DNA of 64,000 nt from Octopus sinensis (Eukaryota). The stretch is taken from NCBI RefSeq assembly GCF_006345805.1, contig NC_043023.1:14570001-14634000 (forward strand), written 5' to 3'. The position numbers and the translations under genes were made by a program. Below, one piece after another: positions 1 to 12,139 of the stretch (position 1 is the first letter of the stretch; each line of letters begins with the position of its first letter). The notes under the pieces are model-generated. The model did not search any database. It was not told where the DNA came from and saw only the letters and a list, made by a program, of their open reading frames with translations.

Positions 1-1089
1 TTAAGGTAATATCACCCTCCCCACCAACTTCAAAATATATTAAAAACTAATTTAATTCTCATCAATAAAAATTAAAAAAATTATCAATAATTTTAAAGTT
101 ATACACAAATTTTTACGAAATTTTATTGGGAGGGCTTCTCTCTCTCTCTTTCTTATTCACTCCATCTCTCTTTTTCTATCTCTCTCTCTTATTCACTTAC
201 TCTTTCTCTTTCTGTTATTTACTTACTCTTTCTATCTCCGTTACTTTCTTACTCTTTCTCTTTCTGTTATTCACTTACTCTTTCTTTTTCTGTTATTTAC
301 TTACTCTTTCTCTCTCTGTTATTCACTTACTCTTTCTCTCTCTGTTATTCACTTACTCTTTCTCTTTCTGTTACTCTGTTACTCTTTCTCTTTGTTACTC
401 TCTCTTACGCACTCACTCTATTTTGCTTTTTCGGAATGATTTCGAGATTGATATACGAAAGCAAAACTGCTGGTACCCCCTCCACTCATTAAAATATTCT
501 AAAAAAATATCTAATTCTCATAAATAAACATTTTTAAGAATTATTAATAATTTTCAAGTTATATAAATTTTTACGAAATTTTGTGGTGGATTTGTCTATG
601 TTTGTTACTTTCTTACTCTCTCTCTTCTGATGCTTTTCTCTCTTTTTCTTTGTCACTCTTTATTCACTCACTCTCTCGTTTTTTCTGTCACTCTTATTCT
701 CTCTCTCTCTTTTCCCCTTCTCTCTCTCTCTTTTCCCCTTCTCTCTCTCTCTTTTCCCCTTCTCTCTCTCTCTCTCTCTCTCTCCCCTGATGTTTTATTT
801 TAATCGGTTTGAGAACGAGATACGAAAACAAAACTGCTGGAGAAATTCAACTTCAAAATACTTCCCAAAAAATAATTTAATTTTTATAAATAAACATTTA
901 AAAAAATTATTAATAATTTTTAAATTATACAAATTTTAAAGAAATCCACTAGGCATTTTTCTGTCTTTGTCAGCTACCCTCTCTCATTTGCATTCAATTT
1001 TATTTCTTTCTCTTACTCCCTTTATCTCTTAGTCTTTCCCTTACTCACCCTCTTACATCACTTTCTCTTTCCCACGCTCTCACTCACTC

Positions 1090-1506
1090 AGTGTGTCTCC
1101 TGACACTTTTTATCTCTCTGTATTTCATTCTCTCTCTGTCACTCTCTTTAACTCATTCACCCTGTCTCCTGACGATTTTTTGTCTCTCTCTCTCTTTCTT
1201 TCTCTTCCCCTCTCATTCTTTCTGCGTCACTCTCTCTTACTCACACACTCACTCACTGTGTCTTATAACGCTTTTTGCCCCTCTCTCATTCTCTCTGTGT
1301 CACACTCTCTCACTCACTGTGTCTTATAACGCTTTTTGCCTCTCTCTCATTCTCTCTATATCACTCTCTCTCACTCACTCACTGTCTTATAACGCTTTTT
1401 GCCTCCCTCTCATTCTCTCTATATCACTCTCTCTCACTCACTCATTGTGTCTTATAACGTTACTCTCTCTCTCTCTCTCACTCACTCACTGTGTCTTATA
1501 ACGCTA

Positions 1507-1543
<37 letters not shown>

Positions 1544-1825
1544 TCACTCACTCACTGTGTCTTATAACGCTACTCTCTCTCTCTCTCTCTCACTCACTCA
1601 CTCACTGTGTCTTATAACGCTTTTCGCCCCTCTCTCATTCTCTCTATATCACTCTCTCTCACTCACTCACTCACTCACAGTGTCTTATAACGCTTTTCGC
1701 CTCTCCCTCATTCTCTCTATATCACTCTCTCTCACTCACTCACTCACTCACTGTGTCTTATAACGCTTTTTCGCCCCTCTCTCATTCTCTCCGCTTCGCT
1801 CTCACTCACTCACTCACTCACTCAG
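1090..1825. repeat. CT-rich minisatellite with ACTGTGTCTTATAACGCT anchors (~9-10 units of 45-75 bp)
   Basis: Anchor seen near 1255, 1316, 1381, 1446, 1489, 1554, 1604, 1678 and 1750. Confidence 0.85.
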
Positions 1826-1859
1826 TCACTCTTTCCCTGTCTACTGACTGATGCTTTGA

Positions 1860-2080
1860 GATCGAGATACGAAAACAAAACTGCTGGAAACAAAAACAGT
1901 TCTGACCAGAAAGACGGACGCCATTTTGGTTAATCAAGTGGACAAGACAAGAAGTTGACAAGAGACAGAAGCAACGGCCCCTTGTTTGTTTATCGGCCAC
2001 GGTTCCCTTAACAGGTTTTGACTCCCCGAAAACTGCTTTCGTAGCATGCATCTGTCATTAGAGTATACGTTCTCGTAGCT
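1860..2080 (+). promoter_or_regulatory. Candidate promoter/5' UTR region of CNOT3 with a YY1-like motif (CGCCATTTT, 1919-1927)
   Basis: Non-repetitive, CpG-retaining stretch immediately upstream of the ATG. TSS not determinable. Possible acceptors (cccttaacag at 2014, tctcgtag at 2078) mean an upstream non-coding exon cannot be excluded. Confidence 0.35.
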
Positions 2081-2105
2081 ATGGCTGACAGGCGAAAATT
2101 ACAAG
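2081..2105 (+). CDS. CNOT3: CNOT3 coding exon 1 (MADRRKLQ-G, phase 1)
   Basis: ATGGCTGACAGGCGAAAATTACAAG|GTAAG. Matches the N-terminus I recall for metazoan CNOT3 (MADKRKLQG) and joins in frame to the exon at 36489. Confidence 0.9.
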
Positions 2106-2782
2106 GTAAGAAAAGATGGATAGATGCTCTCTCTCTTGGAGGAAGCCGAGGGGAAACATTTTTCTGCTTCTGTCTGTCTTTTACGATTGTTTGGTGTCTG
2201 TTACGGGGAGTGTGGCGCATGTAAGGTGTATATATATGTCTACATGGCTCCTTATATATATATTGACTTTGCATGCTTATAGATCGACATTATATATATA
2301 TACATATATATATATATACACATATATATATGGTGTCTGGTGTATTTTGGATACGGCTTCTTATTGTCTACATACGTGCTCAGAGATCGACACGGTATAT
2401 ATAATATATATGTGTGTGTATATATAGTCACTGTTCCTTTTTGTCTGCATGCACACGGATCGACACTCTCCATCTGTGTATGAGAATGCATGTTTGTCCC
2501 AGTGTAAATATATATATATATATATGCACACAGATCTTTATATATATCGTCTACATACATGTTCGTAAGTCAGCATATATATATATATATATATATATAT
2601 GTGCACACACTAGTAAGCACATAGGTTCAAAACAAGGTGGAAATATATATATATATATATAGGTTTACATATTTATAAATATACATATATATATATATAT
2701 ATATATTTGTGTGTATATATATTCATATGTATGTGTGTTTTCTGCATACTTATTCGTTGATCGACATACTGTATGTACGTTC

Positions 2783-2818
<36 letters not shown>

Positions 2819-2939
2819 CCTAACAGATCGGTATATTTCGTGTGCATATATTTGCCTATATATATATACACAAGTACATGCTCAATGATCACGTTATATA
2901 ATATATACATGCTTATAAATATACACATGTATATATGTA

Positions 2940-3007
<68 letters not shown>

Positions 3008-4096
3008 AACACGTACTCTCATATCTATATATAAGAATGCATGCTCGTATTTTATATGTAAACAAGTTCTTAGCAATTTCCTGCATGTAAATATATGTTT
3101 ATATGCATCCCTGTATACATAAATGTGTGCATTGCTCCATACCTTACCATCTACATACATGGTCACGGAACAACACAGATGTGTATGTATATTAATGGGC
3201 ATAAGCATATGCACAACACTTTACATATTGTCTACATATATGATCCTAAATCACATATACACACACAGAGACGTACAAGGTGTTCATAAATTATCTTTAC
3301 AACTTCCTCCGTTTGTTGTATCTATTATAGTCGAGATCCATCTTTCAGCTTCTTTGGAAGTGTTCTGATGTTTCTAATAAAAACTTTTGTTTGCTTCCGT
3401 TTTCTATAAATAAACTCTGTTGAGTTATCCCTGTTTTTCATTAAAAACGAAATTCCAACAGTAAAGGTAATTTATGGACACACACACTCTAAAATATATA
3501 TATGAAAACAAGCGTGCATTTTTGTTCCAAAAGTCAATATGAGAGTTCCTCTCAGGGCATCTACCACAGTATAGTCTGTCCTAACAGAACATCCACGTTT
3601 AAGAGATAATATAATATTACCTCACTGTGTCTGTCACCAATATATATACACATATTAAAGGGAAACCAACTATGTAGACACCCTTATGCTAAAAATAGAT
3701 CCGCTATGGTCTTACCACTAAGAAATGTTCTCAAGAAAAATTTAGCAAAACAACCATTTCTTAGTGGTAAGACCATAGCGGATCTATTTCTAGCATAAGG
3801 GTGTCCACATAGTTGGTTTCCTTTTAATATGTATATAATACAATTTTACTGAACCTTCAGTTTTTTTTTTATATGCTAGACCACTGGTGTGAAATCGATG
3901 TTAATTAAATTAATATCTAATTTCTCACCCTTATTTTAAATTTAAGATATATATATATATATAATAACAAAGGGTAAAGTTAATTAATTAAGAAGTAATC
4001 AATAATTTCACCAAGTAGAATTCGGTATGAAAAAAGGACCATTTCATGAATTTAAACCTATCCTTCGGAATATATGTCTATGTATGTATGTATGTC

Positions 4097-4129
<33 letters not shown>

Positions 4130-4175
4130 TGCACCAAGATCGACGTGTTAAACTTAAGTATATATATATATATAT

Positions 4176-4445
4176 GGCATTCCTTCGATATAACTCGACA
4201 AAATCAAAACATTTCATTTTGGGTATTTCCCTGGAAGCAAATGACAGTTCGATTCTGTTTTCTGCTTGGAAATTTGCAGATTTTTCATACACATGAAACA
4301 GCTAAGAACAAATGTGCAAGGCTTTTTTTCTTCAAGTCTAAAATGAGACATTGCTGGATATAATTTCGTTTTATCTATACTCCACAACCCACAAAATTAC
4401 CCAAAGTGAAATGCTTTGATTTGGTCGAGTTGTATCGAAGGAATG

Positions 4446-4446
<1 letters not shown>
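4176..4446. mobile_element. MITE with ~50-bp GGCATTCCTTCG TIRs, inserted in (TA)n
   Basis: GGCATTCCTTCGATATAACTCGACAAAATC / GATTTGGTCGAGTTGTATCGAAGGAATGC. A second copy in opposite orientation lies at 33296-33544 with a 7/8-matching 8-bp flank duplication. Confidence 0.7.
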
Positions 4447-4486
<40 letters not shown>

Positions 4487-5180
4487 GTAGGTGAGACCTG
4501 GATGTGCTCAAATGAATTTAAACCTATCCTTTGGAATATATGTGTCTATGTATGTATGTATGTCTATATATATATGTGTGTGTGTGTGTATGTTGCACCA
4601 AAGATCGACATGTTAAACACACGCACGAACATCTCTGTATATATATTTCTCTAACTACTTGCTTATGGATCCACTTACAACGTGTACATGTGCATATGAT
4701 ATTGCTTGTATGTATAGGTATATACAGCTTCTTATATATTGCCTGCATACATACTCAAAAATCGACATGTATATATATATATATATAAGAAACAAGTTAA
4801 AAGTGGTGGTCATTACATATTTTCCCTTTAGGGAGCAAATCTGGCTTACAGTCGTTTCCAGTAGCCATTATAGGTACATTACTGAGGTTTACTCAATTGG
4901 GGGGAATATAACAACTCTAAAGAAAATTAATGCCACTTTTGTCCTAGCTATTTCTGGTTATAACAAGCAGAGCACTGGAGGAATGGCTATTGTAGCCATT
5001 CCTCCAGTGCTCTGCTTGTTATAACCAGAAATTGATACACTGGAGGAATGGCTACAACAGCCATTCCTCCAGAGTGGGGATCTGGCTGATTGGTTAGAGT
5101 GTCAGATGAAGTGCTTTGTAATATTCGCTTTGACGCTAGGCATTTTCAGTTCAAATCTCGGCAAAGTCAAGTTTTTCATA

Positions 5181-5563
5181 GGCGCAGGAGTGGCTGTGTG
5201 GTAAGTAGCTTGCTAACCAACCACATGGTTCCGGGTTCAGTCCCACTGTGTGGCACCTTGGGCAAGTGTCTTATACTATAGCCTTGGGCCGACCAAATCC
5301 TTGTGAGTGGATTTGGTAGACGGAAACTGAAAGAAGCCCGTCGTATATATATATATATGTGTTTGTGTTTGTCCCCCTAGCATTGCTTGACAACCGATGC
5401 TGGTGTGTTTATGTCCCCGTTACTTAACGGTTCAGCAAAAGAGACCGATAGAATAAGTACTGGGCTTACAAAAGAATAAGTCCCAGGGTCGAGTTGCTCG
5501 ACTAAAGGCGGTGCTCCAGCATGGCCGCAGTCAAATGACTGAAACAAGTAAAAGAGTAAAGAG
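5181..5563 (+). mobile_element. SINE family A (tRNA-like head, CORE-like segment, internal microsatellite, GGCGGTGCTCCAGCATGG...GAAACAAGTAAAAG tail), representative copy
   Basis: More than 15 full or half copies in both orientations, e.g. 16968-17567, 20557-21147, 23445-24001, 26550-27609, 33645-35100, 36720-37455, 55700-56008, 58055-58660, 59311-59860. GGCACCTTGGGCAAG resembles the CORE-SINE motif. Confidence 0.85.
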
Positions 5564-5904
5564 AATATGAGACATTTGGGCAAAACTAGTGTTTTTAACT
5601 TTTATTAAGACCATTGTCCAAACTTAGATTTTTCACAGAATTTAGCTAATGGTTAACCGTATTTAGGAGACCAGTTGTGAATTTGTATGTTTACTAACTT
5701 TTCCGACACTTAAAAAAATATTAATCGTTCTCTTTTTTGCTTGGTATTGTATGTATGTGTATATATATTTATTATTTATGTGCCCTTTTCAAACCTAGCC
5801 AGGCTCATGGGCCCGGTTTTCTGGTTTCTGCGGTGTATGTGTTCCCCCCAGCTGGATGGGACACCAGTCCATCACAGTGTTACTCAAGTGAGAGAGAGTT
5901 GGGT

Positions 5905-6115
5905 CGAAAGAGTTAGTTAGTTAAGTTTTTGGCTCAAAAAGCAAAAAAGCAAGGCCATGTAGGGGGACCAGGGGTCGCCACCACCCCCTGCCAGAGCCTC
6001 GTGGAGCTTTAGGTGTTTTCGCTTAATAAACATACACAACGCCCGTCTGGGAATCAAAACTACGATCCTCCAACCACGAGTCCGCTGCCCTAACCACTGG
6101 GCCATTGTGCCTCCG
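5905..6115 (-). mobile_element. tRNA-derived SINE family D with CR1-like tail
   Basis: Minus-strand head GGAGGCACAATGGCCCAGTGGTTAGGGCAGCGGACTC... A second copy with a different tail lies at 45529-45765 (+). Confidence 0.75.
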
Positions 6116-6348
6116 TGTGTGTGTGTATATATATATATATATCATCATCATCATCATCATCGTTTAACGTCCGCTTTCCATACTAGCATGGGTTGGACGG
6201 TTCAACTGGGGTCTGGCAAGCCCGAAGGCTGCACCAGGCCAGTCAGATCTGGCAGTGTTTCTACAGCTGGATGCCCTTCCTAACGCCAACCACTCCGAGA
6301 GTGTAGTGGGTGATTTTATGTGCCACCGACACAGGTGCCAGATGATCT

Positions 6349-6392
<44 letters not shown>

Positions 6393-6424
6393 TAAATGAA
6401 AGAATGGAGTTGAACGACGAATTA

Positions 6425-6536
6425 ACAAAATTCCTTTATTCTCGACATATGTTTCGAAGGCTGCATATTCCTAATTTCGAAGGAATAAGGGGTGCATTAT
6501 GCCGGCTTCTCATCAGGAAAAACAAGGAACTTATGT
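6425..6536 (-). ncRNA. Minimal type I hammerhead ribozyme motif (Penelope/retrozyme-like)
   Basis: Minus strand reads: stem I 5' arm, CTGATGA (6516-6510), stem II GAAGccggcata.../...tatgcagcCTTC, GAAA-C-ATAT-G-TC (6455-6444), then stem I 3' arm gagaataaaggaattttgt. All core nucleotides are present, with a palindromic loop 3. Confidence 0.75.
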
Positions 6537-9500
6537 CAGCATCAAGATGAACAAAATTCCTTCGAAATTAGGAATATGCAGCCTTCGACACATATGTCGA
6601 GAATAAAGGAATTTTGTTAATTCGTCGTTCAACTCCATTCTTTCATTTATTTGTATTAAAAAAACACAAATTTCCACACGAAAGTACGTGATCTCTGCTC
6701 TTGGCATGTAGCTTCAACCGTGTTTTTCTGATGTGAATTTGCTACCCAGGTATCGGTTAACCGAATTATCCATAATAAGATAATTCATTCAACTACTCAT
6801 ATATATATATATACATACATACATATACATAATCTTCATCATTTAACATCCATACTCCATGGGTAGTTTGGATGTTTTTTTTAAACATTTTGGTGCTGAC
6901 ATTACTAGTGAGAATCCCATACAGCTTGCAAGAATACAAACCCGGTGGGGTGGGGAGCGACTTTATGCTCACACACACAATCTTCATCATCATCATTTAA
7001 CATTCATGTTCTATGGGTTGGATGGTTTAACAGGATCTGATGGACACAAGGACTGCACTGTGCTCCAGTTTCTTCTGTAGCACAGTTCCTATAGCTAGCT
7101 ACCATTCCTAGCATCAACAGTCTTATAGAATGTACTGGGAGCTTTTTTTTTTATTTAAATTTTCATGCCAGCACCGCCTCGACTGGCTTCTGTGCCGGTG
7201 GCACATAAAAAGCACGAACCGATCGTGGCCGATGCCAGACCCCTCTGGCACGTAAAAAGCACCCACTACACTCGCGGAGGGGTTAGCGTTAGGAAGGGCA
7301 TCCAGCTGTAGAAACACTGCCAGATCAGACTAGAGCCTGGAGCAGCCCCTGGCTCCCCAGACCCCGGTCGAACCGTCCAACCCGTGCTAGCACGGAAAAC
7401 GGACGTTAAACGATGATGATGATGCCACCAGCATGAATGAGGTCCCATACAGTTTGTAGTAATATAAACCCCCAAGGAGTGGGGAACGATTTTATCCTAG
7501 GAAATAAGGAGCAAAGGGGGTAAAGTTTGAGAGAAAAGGCCTGGAGTAGAACAGGTTTCTTACTGTAGAAGAACCACATGGCTGCTTACACATGCATACA
7601 CATACATTTATTTAATTTTCTTCATTGTCATCATTTAACATCCCTGTTCCTCAGGCTCAGTGCCTGCTTTGGTATGTTTTCTATGGTTGAATGCCCTTCC
7701 TAACACCAACCTATTTCTTTACTACCCACAAGGGGCTAAACACAGAGGGGACAAACAAGGACAGATAAACGGATTAAGTCAATTACATCGACCCCAGTGC
7801 GTAACTGGTACTTAATTTATCGATCCCGAAAGGATGAAAGGCTATCTTGGCAGAATTTGAACTCAGAACGTAGCGGCAGACGAAATACCTATTTCTTTAC
7901 TACCCACAAGGGGCTAAACACAGAGAGGACAAACAAGGACAGACAAACGGATTAAGTCGATTACATCGACCCCAGTGCATAACTGATACTTAATCTATCG
8001 ACCCCCGAAAGGATGAAAGGCAAAGTTGATCTCGGCGGAATTTGAACTCAGAACGTAACGGCAGATGAAATACGGCTATGCATTTCGCCCGGCGTGCTAA
8101 CGTTTCTGCCAGCTCGCCACCTTCCTAACACCAACCACTTTACTGGGCACATCTCTCTTGCCACCAGCATTTATGAAGGATGCACTGCTGCCTGGAAGAC
8201 TATAAGCCCCAAAGAGAGCCATTTTATGCTAGGAGACAAGGAATAGAGAGGGATAAAGTATGAGAGAAAAGGGCCAGAGTGGAACAGGTTTCTTGCTGTA
8301 GGGGTCTTCAAAATACATGATCATTTATTGTTCATGTTCCATGCTGGTATGGGTTTGAGGGATTGACAAGATATGCTATGGGTTCACGGACAGTATTGTA
8401 CTCCAGTGACTGCTTTGGCATCGCTTCTATGATCAGATGCCATTCCCAACCACTTTACAACGTATACTGTGAGTGCTTTATACATGGTAACAGCTCTACT
8501 GAGGTCACCATGCAGCTTGCAAGACCCCATGGAAGGCCATTTTATACTAAGAAGAGCTGAGTAGGGAGGGGTAATGTAAGAGAGAAAAGACCCAGAGTGG
8601 ATCAGGTTTCTTGTTGTAAGGGAGCTATTTAATAAATCTTCATCATTTTATGCCCATGTTCCATGCTGGCATGAGTTGGAGGATCTGATGGGCCCAAGGA
8701 CTGTATTGTGCGCCAGTGTCTTCTGTAGCACAGTTTCTATGGCTAGCTACCCTTCCTAGCGTCAAGAACTTTACAGAATGTACTGGTGCTTTTTTTATTT
8801 TTTTATTTTCATACCTTCAGCATGAGTGAGGTTCCCTTACAACTTGCAAGAATACAAACCCGACACCAGCTATATGTTGTTTTTGTGCTACGTTGAAAAT
8901 ACCCAGAACATTCTGTAAAGTAGTTGGTATTAGCAAAGACATCCAGCTGTTGTGCTCCAGTGTGACTAGTTACCCTTCCTAACATTAACCCTTTTTATAC
9001 CAACCCAGCTGCAGTTGCCTCTGGCTCTGTAGTATAAATGTCTTGTTTTCAAAAGTTCTGAATTAAAATCTTCCACCAAACCTTAGTCACAATTTATGTT
9101 CCTAACACCAGCTTAATGTTAACTAAGTTATTTTACTAAATTCTTTGTTATATTTAAGATTAACTGAAAGAAACACAGAGCATCTTGACAGAAATACGGT
9201 AACAAAAGTCACCATGATATTTTTAACCCTTTTGATATCAACCCAGCTGAAACCAGCTCTGTTGTACAAATGTCTTGTTTTCATAAATTTTGAATGAAAA
9301 TCTTCCACCAAACCATAGTCACAATTTATGTTCCTAACACCAGCTTAATGATAACTAAGTTATTTTACTAAATTCCTTGTTTTACTTAAGATTAATTGAA
9401 AGAAACACAACTCATCTCAGCAAAAATGCGGTAACGAAAGGGTTAACAGCTTTACAGAACATAGTGGGTGCTTGTTAGCGCTTTTCGTTGACGGAAACTG

Positions 9501-12139
9501 AAAAAAGTCTTAATATGAGAATGTATGTGTCTGTGAGTCTGTCTGTGTGATTTCTTAAAACTCAAGAACTACCTAACTGATTTCATTCAAATTTTATATA
9601 TACCTTACTTAGGGTCTATGCAGTGTCATGGGCCCCAAAAGTTTTCAACTTTTTGTCTAATGCGAGTTCGGAGCAATCTCTTATCCTTACATTATTTCAG
9701 TATTACATGTCAAAATTGCGCCAATACCTATTTCTTTATTACCCACAGGGGGCTAAACAAGGACAGACATAGGTATTAAGTCGATTACATCGACCCCAGT
9801 GCGTAACTGGTACTTAATTTATCGACCCCGAAAGGATGAAAGGATAAGTCGACCTCGGCGGAATTTGAACTCAGAACGTAGCGGCAGATGAAATACCTAT
9901 TTCTTTACTACCCACAAGGGGCTAAACACAGAGGGGACTAACAAGGACAGACATAGGTATTAAGTTGATTACATCGACCCCAGTGCGTAACTGGTACTTA
10001 ATTTATCGACCCTGAAAGGATAAGTCGACCTCGGCGGAATTTGAACTCTCAGCGTAACGCAGATGAAATACCGCTAAGCATTTCGCCCGGCACCATCTCT
10101 GTATTGTAATGTGAGATATTTTTTAGTTTAATACTGAAACTATTGTCTCATATATACATGCATACATACATACATACATATATATATATATATTTAGGCA
10201 AGTGTTTTCTACTATAGCCTCAGGCCAACCAAAGCCTTGTGAGTGGATTTGGTAGACGGAAACTGAAAGAAGCCCGTCATATATATGTATGTATGTGTTT
10301 ATTCACCCCCCTCCTAACATTGCTTGACAACTGATGCTGGTGTGTTTATGTTGATGACAATGATGAGGCTAGTCTGCTTTGTTGGATGTGCAAGATCTGT
10401 ATTTATGATAAAGTGCTGACATGTTGAGAGAAAATTAGACACAAGACAAAACAGATGTAGTCATCATCATTCATTTAGCGTCCGTTTTCCATGCTAGCAT
10501 GGGTTGGACGGTTCAACTGGGGTCTGGGAAGCCAGAAGGCTGCATCAGGCCCAGTCTGATCTGGCAGTGTTTCTACGGCTGGATGCCCTTCCTAACACCA
10601 ACCACTCCGTGAGTGTAGTGGGTGCTTTTTATGTGCCACTGGCACGGGTGCCAGGTGAGGCTGCCAACGGCCACGATTGGTTGGTGCTTTTTACATGCCA
10701 CCAGCATGGAAGCCAGTCAAGGCGGCACTGGCATCACCCACTTTCGGATGGTGCATTTTATGTGCCACCAGCACGGGGGCCAGGTGAGGCTGGCAATGAA
10801 TTAACACTAGTATGGCCCTGTGATGTAAATCAATGAGAATGGTTGTATGAAGAAGTGCTGATTGCCAAATGTGGGTAGAACTTGTGAAGAAGGAGGTTCA
10901 GGAAGACATGGGTTGAAGCAGTGAGGGCAGATCCCAAGATGTTGAGCCACTCAGGGGAAATGACAAAGGACTGAGATGATTGGCAATTCACTGTGCTCTG
11001 GAAGACCCATCCTCTTCAGTGAAAGTGGGGTCCTAAATGCATTATGTTTATTGGCCTGAAGAGTAGGCCTCCGACACCAGACTGCTCAGGGGCCCTAAAT
11101 TCCATTTCCAAGACCAGCTCAAGGCCACTCTCCTGCACTGCTCCTATTTCTTTACTACCACAAGGGGCTAAACACAGAGAGGACAAACGGATTAAGTCGA
11201 TTATATCGACCACAGTGCGTAACTGGTACTTAATTTATCGACCTCGAAAGGATGAAAGGCAAAGTCAACCTCGGCGGAATTTGAACTTAGGACGTAGTGG
11301 CAGACGAAATACCGTTAAGCATTTCACCTGGCCCGCTAACATTTCTGCCAGCTTGCCCCCTCTCCTGCACTGCTCCATTGACCCAAATACCTGGGACCAC
11401 CCCAAAATGATGGCATGTCATCAACGGAATGGACCAGATGGAGAATATAAGACGTCAGAGACACAAAGAGGGGTGTGCACTTTCCCATCCCCTGTGATAA
11501 ATGCCCCCGACTCTTCTATACAGCCCTTGGCCTGAACTGCCTCAGGCACAGGTACCCTTTACATCCATCATGATGAAGAGGCCCAATCACTCACTACAGA
11601 TTAGCTACTCGGATACATGTTAATGCCACCACTGATGACAATGATACATTCACTGGGCCTTGCTCCTGCACCCAATGTGTCCCCATCAAGCCTTCCCTGC
11701 CTCTCATTTTCCAAACACCTATCCCTCTACCCTTTTACTCAGCTGTTATAATCATCTGAGGACAGAATATGCATACCCCTCATTTCCCCCTTGAGGTACC
11801 AGTTTTTAAACCGCTCCTTAGAACCACTTCCTTTTACGACCCATCCCTTATTCTTAGTATCGTCCCTTCCTAATCACCCCTTCCTGTGCTTCTTGGATAC
11901 ATTACTGGATTATCATTACCTTATGTTTAACAATCTCTCTTATCTGCTGTCTTTCTCATCATCCTGACATATCCTAGCTTCATGAAGTGCATCCAGCTGT
12001 AGAAAACTTCCCCAAGACGCTCTTCCCATGTAAGTATGGGATAAGTTGGAGTAGGCATGGCTGTGTGGTAAGATGCTTGCTTTTCAACCACATGCTTCTG
12101 GGTTCAGTCCCACTGCATGGCACCTCAGGCCAACTGAAG

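Noticed and set aside
126-1763. Leu/Ser-rich ORFs at the window start and at 22907-23545
   Set aside because: These are translations of CT-rich low-complexity DNA.
5181-5260. SINE heads (families A, B, D, E) as tRNA genes
   Set aside because: They have A/B-box-like heads but no complete cloverleaf, and they continue into multi-copy SINE bodies.
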